A DNA stretch of 51,490 nucleotides from Octopus bimaculoides (Eukaryota). A program made the position numbers and the translations under genes. Shown in pieces: positions 47,289 through 51,490 of this stretch. Under the pieces are notes generated by a model. That model ran no database searches and had not been told where the DNA came from. It worked only from the letters and a program-made list of their open reading frames with translations. Position 1 is the stretch's first letter; each line of letters opens with the position of its first letter. The stretch lies in assembly GCF_001194135.2 (NCBI RefSeq), contig NC_068993.1:44201322-44252811 (forward strand), given 5' to 3'.

Positions 47289-48685
47289 AATGTGGGTGAT
47301 GTCTTCGGTGTTAACTCCACAAAGTTTGCGTCCGTTGTCACATTTTGCTGCGTCTCTGTCCCTTTTGTACATCAGGTATTTGGTTGAAATCTCTTGTTCT
47401 TGGATTGCAAATGCATACCCTTTTAAGTGGAGGTAGTAATCCGGTTGTTGGTTCATGATGGACTGCTTTGATGATCAATGTTATTATCATTTCGGAGCTT
47501 TCTACTAAAATATCCATGCATGGTTTTCTCCTGATATACGCTCATTCTTTCATTTGATGCGTTGCGGTAGAGTCGTGCGAAGGTCTTTGGGCATGTATTT
47601 AAGGTTATCCGACAAGGAATGCTGTTCAAGGAGCTACTTTCCAAGTTTTATGCTGCTATCAGTCTCATGTATGCAAACTTGGTCGAGGGATGCACTTCGA
47701 CACTTGATGGTTAAAAGATGTTCAAAGACATTCAAAGACAGACATGGATTGATGTTAAGCTTCTGCCCCTCGTTTTCGTTTTAGGTAAATGCAGTCTACA
47801 TCACTGTTGATGTGGAAATTATGTGTACTGGTTAGTATCTTCTGGGTTTTCACATCAATGGCTCGGATCTCAAGTAGCCCAAATGTTGGAATGAGTACTA
47901 GCACTGTAAACACATTGTAGGCCACTGTTTTATTGAATGTAGGACAGTCCCGAAGTTCATATTTTCTCTATTCGGTTGTAATATTCCTTAGTGGCACGTG
48001 TCTTGTTACAGGTGCCACCGTAAGATATGTTTTTATCCACCCCAAGGCACCTGTAAGAGACATTCCTCGTCAGATACAGGGGAAATAGTTAAGTCGTCGA
48101 TGGAGATGTTGCTAGTCTGGTTTACAGTTTTCCCTTTTTTCACAACCATATAGCAACATTCATCTTGACCAAACTCCAACCTTATATCCTTTGGGAATGT
48201 AGCCAGGTCTAGACTCGTTTTCATCTCCTGCATATTCTTGACATATAGTTTCAGGTCATCCACAAAGAAACTCTGCAATTTTTGTATTTCTGTTTCCTTG
48301 TGAACCAGTAAGATAACATTCGGACATCCATAACATGAACAACAAAGGTTTACAGAAAGTAAACATCACAGATAGCAAGCCGAAGGGCTTCTCGTATCCA
48401 TGAGTAGGGGACAGAGTCAAAGGCTTTCTTGTAGTTCAGCCTTGTGTAATGTGTGTGTGTGTGTCTTTGTGCACCTTATCCCACCGCTTGATAAAAAGTG
48501 TTGCTTTTTTACATCTATGTAATTTGGCAAATTAAGCAAAACACTTCATTTTACGTTGTTGCAGTCCACTCAGCTGTAAATGGAGTAACCCAACGGGGTG
48601 GCATCATTCTAAAGCTACAACAATGCATGGAAGCGCCTTGTGATCAGCAATGTATAACAACATCCGATGGTTTGGTCGATACAGT

Positions 48686-48689
<4 letters not shown>

Positions 48690-48765
<76 letters not shown>

Positions 48766-48990
48766 CACACGTGACTGTGTGGTAAGAAGCTTGGTTCCAG
48801 CTTCAGTCCTACTTTATGGCACCTTGGGCAAGTGTCTTCTACTATAGCTTCGGACCGACCAAATCCTTGTGAGTGGATTTGGTAGAGAGAAACTGAAAGA
48901 AGTCTGTTGTATATATGTGTGCGTGTATGTGTGTGTCTGTTACTCCCCCACCACCACTTGAGAACCGGAGTTGGTATGTAACGAGCGGTG
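48690..48990 (+). mobile_element. (CA)n followed by a family-A SINE
   Basis: Homology to 36057-36461. Confidence 0.75.
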
Positions 48991-49692
48991 TAAGTGTGTA
49001 TGTGTCTGTTGTAGTCATTATTTTTTCCAAGATCATTTACCAACATGGCACATTTCTTTGATTATGTCTAAGTGACAAGCTAATAGTGTTCATCATAAAA
49101 GTTTGTGTGTGTGTGTGCTGTTGAGTGTGGAGCAGTGAAAAGCTTACTGTTGTAGCAAATAAGACTAAAAGATATGACCTGCACTCATACAAGACTACAT
49201 ATTAAGTGGACACTTAAGTAACCTGATATTTTGGTTCCTTTGAACTGGATGAAGTTTCTGCTAAGAAAATTGGAGTTTATTTATACAAAAATGTTATTTC
49301 CTAATTTTTATGTATTTTCAAGAACACTAGGAAGTAAAATGGGAATATGCCGCCTGAAAATACCATGAGGTATAGCAAGAATACTTAAATACCTTATAAA
49401 GACGTGACGATCTAGCAAGCGGCACTTATCGAGGCGAGGAAGCCGGTTTGTGGTCGTTCGACCTCCTATTAACAGCAGCCAAATTTCCTCAAAATCAATC
49501 CTACTATCTTCAAAAACAAAGGTACATATTGGATAAAAGTCTTAAATATCTATCTTCCTTTTCTCCCCCACCCTGTCTGGCAAAAAATACTGTTAAATGA
49601 ATCGGTGAAAAGTGTATGATAGAAAAGGTTTCGACCCGACTTCGAGCTGTTCTTCAAACTTACTCAGATAACAACCTTCAAACAGTTATTAA

Positions 49693-50464
49693 CACTAAAA
49701 GGACCAGACTTTTAACCTACCTTTAAGGATCAGAATGCGTCAACTGATGCAAAGATGTTTTTCAATCAATAAGGGCGGTGTGGAGTTGAACATTTTTATT
49801 AAATGCATGAATCAATTGGATTTTATGACTTCACGTTGATATTAGTCGCGATAGTTTGATATTTTGAAAGAAATTTATCCTTAAAAATATTGAAATACAT
49901 TCATCGCAATGTTTCAGCGCACATTTGCCACATTGAGGTTTCTTATAGACTCCATACATTTCTGTGGTTATGTTTCGGCATTTTGTTTTCACACATGTAC
50001 GTGTGACTTTATTTCTAGAGGTAGATTTTTCCTCAATTGAGCGTTTGATTGTACATGAATGACCGGAGGTGAACCACAACAAAGTTCTTCAGCAACTTTT
50101 TGGATATATTCCCATTGATTAATGACCAAGTTGCAAAAACTTGTGTATTTTACACTCCTGTTTATAAGAGCAACATCTAAATTATTATTAAAAACGTGCA
50201 TTTGGCCATCGTCTACTGCTTGCCTTGACTGAATAAAGCTTTGCTATTTGGTCAAGCACGTCTACGCCTACAAAAGGATGGTGTCAGGCTTCTTCTTGAG
50301 GTTATTTTCAGAAAGAATGTTCACATGTTGATGTAAGGTATTCAAAAGAACATAACTTTGGTTTCTTGCATTGGTACGATGTGTGATAGAAGGCTTCTCT
50401 GTGGATTTCAAAACCACAGTTTCATGGGCTGGTTTCACCCGTTTTACTGCTTCTGGTAATTCCT
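49693..50464 (-). mobile_element. piggyBac (PGBD4-like) transposase 3' remnant with terminal repeat
   Basis: KKPDTIL...GVDVLDQIAKLYSVKASSRRWP(M)HVFNNNLDVALIN, C-terminal Cys-rich KPQCGKC; end TTAA|CACTAAAAGGACC at 49689-49705. Confidence 0.85.
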
Positions 50465-51490
50465 TTAACATTTGCCCTCCACATGGCCTGCAGCTTCTCC
50501 TTCAGGATTTTGTGCGACTTTAACACTCGTGGGTTTTCGGAATGGTAGACAAGGAGCGGCTTAATCTTCAAGTCGGCACATCTCTCTCTTCGATTCTGTT
50601 AGGTGACTCAGCTTCACCACGATAAATAAACAGACAAGAATTTCAGCCAACGACGAACATCTGTATAACAAGAATCACGGCCCGGCATCGATGCCACGAC
50701 ATCACAACTAGTGATCAGCTCTGCCACACTCAGCCTTTCCTCACTTTCACATACAGAACTTTTCCTATAGTGTACTAAAGAACTGGTATAATTGCTCACG
50801 TGTTATATATTGACTCTCTTTCTATCTGCTGTAATATTTCACATACACACACATGTATCACTCACATACACACTCGGNNNNNNNNNNCTACCTCTTGTGC
50901 GATGAGCTGATGGAATTCACGCACGAAATCCTCAGCTGCCTTCATGTCAGAACTCGCTGCTTCTCCATACCTGACGATGCTATGAACACCGGTCCTCTTT
51001 TTGAGACTGTCCTTAAATGCGTCTGCTGATGTCTCCTCCAACGATGTTCCAGAGTTCTGCTTCAAGAGATCCCCATACAGCGCTCGTGCTTTCTCGCAGA
51101 TGATGGCCTCTGTAATCGTATCCTCTGCGAGTTGGTTGTTTCTTGGTGTTCCACAAGAGAAGCAATTTTTCCATCTCTTTGTGGACAGATGTGCATTGCT
51201 TTGAGAGCTTGCAGACACCCTTTGCTGTTGTAACGGCCTTAATCTCGTCCTTTTTCCTTCGGGGTGGTGCAGACCGTCGACATGCTTCGGTAGTATTGAC
51301 TTGCTATGTCCACTACACGCACCCGTCTCTCATGTTTGGCAATGATTTCCTTCTTCAATTCTATCGTAATCAGTTTTTTCTTCTCAGCACTGTTCTTTGC
51401 AGTAACCTTCTTAGGATCCATGGCTAACACAATTAATTATTATAATATAATAGCAAAAAGAACCGCACAAAACTAAAAAAAAAAACACAT
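50465..51490 (-). mobile_element. Tigger/pogo transposase remnant (CENP-B-type HTH; partial DDE region)
   Basis: ATG at 51421: MDPKK...ITIELKKEIIAKHER, QLAEDTITEAIICEKARALYGDL, KKRTGVHSIVRYGEAASSD; separate piece KIKPLLVYHSENPR...KEKLQAMWRAN at ~50465-50580. Confidence 0.9.

Larger units (their letters stand above)
46010..48445 (-). mobile_element. R4/Dong-like non-LTR retrotransposon remnant (RT, Zn knuckle, restriction-like endonuclease), 5' truncated
   Basis: YKKAFDSVPYSWI, FFVDDLKLY...EFGQDEC, MHGYF, FAIQEQEIST, RHNVVA, HNRTD..IWDKEKLCTVVEINCPADIN, and FLYPDYKFRFIPVIIGTLG...QAITGTIKIC, with stop near 46240. Confidence 0.85.

Overview
AT-rich, intron-rich animal genomic DNA with 10 assembly gaps and very high microsatellite and SINE density. 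The repeat repertoire suggests an octopus or other coleoid mollusc (inference, not a database result). Genes: (1) the last exon of one DHDH (Gfo/Idh/MocA dihydrodiol/xylose dehydrogenase) paralog at 262-365. (2) A second tandem DHDH paralog with six frame-consistent exons (8269-13100); its first coding exon is not visible and probably lies in the 3525-4030 gap. It has two changes in normally conserved active-site motifs (EKP to EKT, LDxGxY to LExGxY). (3) A candidate multi-exon minus-strand gene (~41862 to 18012) invisible as a single ORF, arranged head-to-head with (4) a candidate plus-strand first exon (MATPEKSKES, 42328). The rest is transposon remnants: RTE and R4/Dong-like LINEs, a Gypsy integrase, hAT-Buster, piggyBac and Tigger transposases, hAT and piggyBac MITEs, a Helitron-like element, a solo-LTR-like element and several tRNA-SINE families. 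There are also several long inverted repeats and a visible mosaic of CpG-depleted and CpG-retaining domains. No CRISPR, rRNA or true tRNA genes were seen. Most ORFs in the supplied track are microsatellite, gap or antisense-TE artefacts. I found no clearly novel multi-gene system; the best leads are the cryptic minus-strand gene, the variant DHDH, the CpG methylation fossil and the near-perfect 237-bp palindrome.
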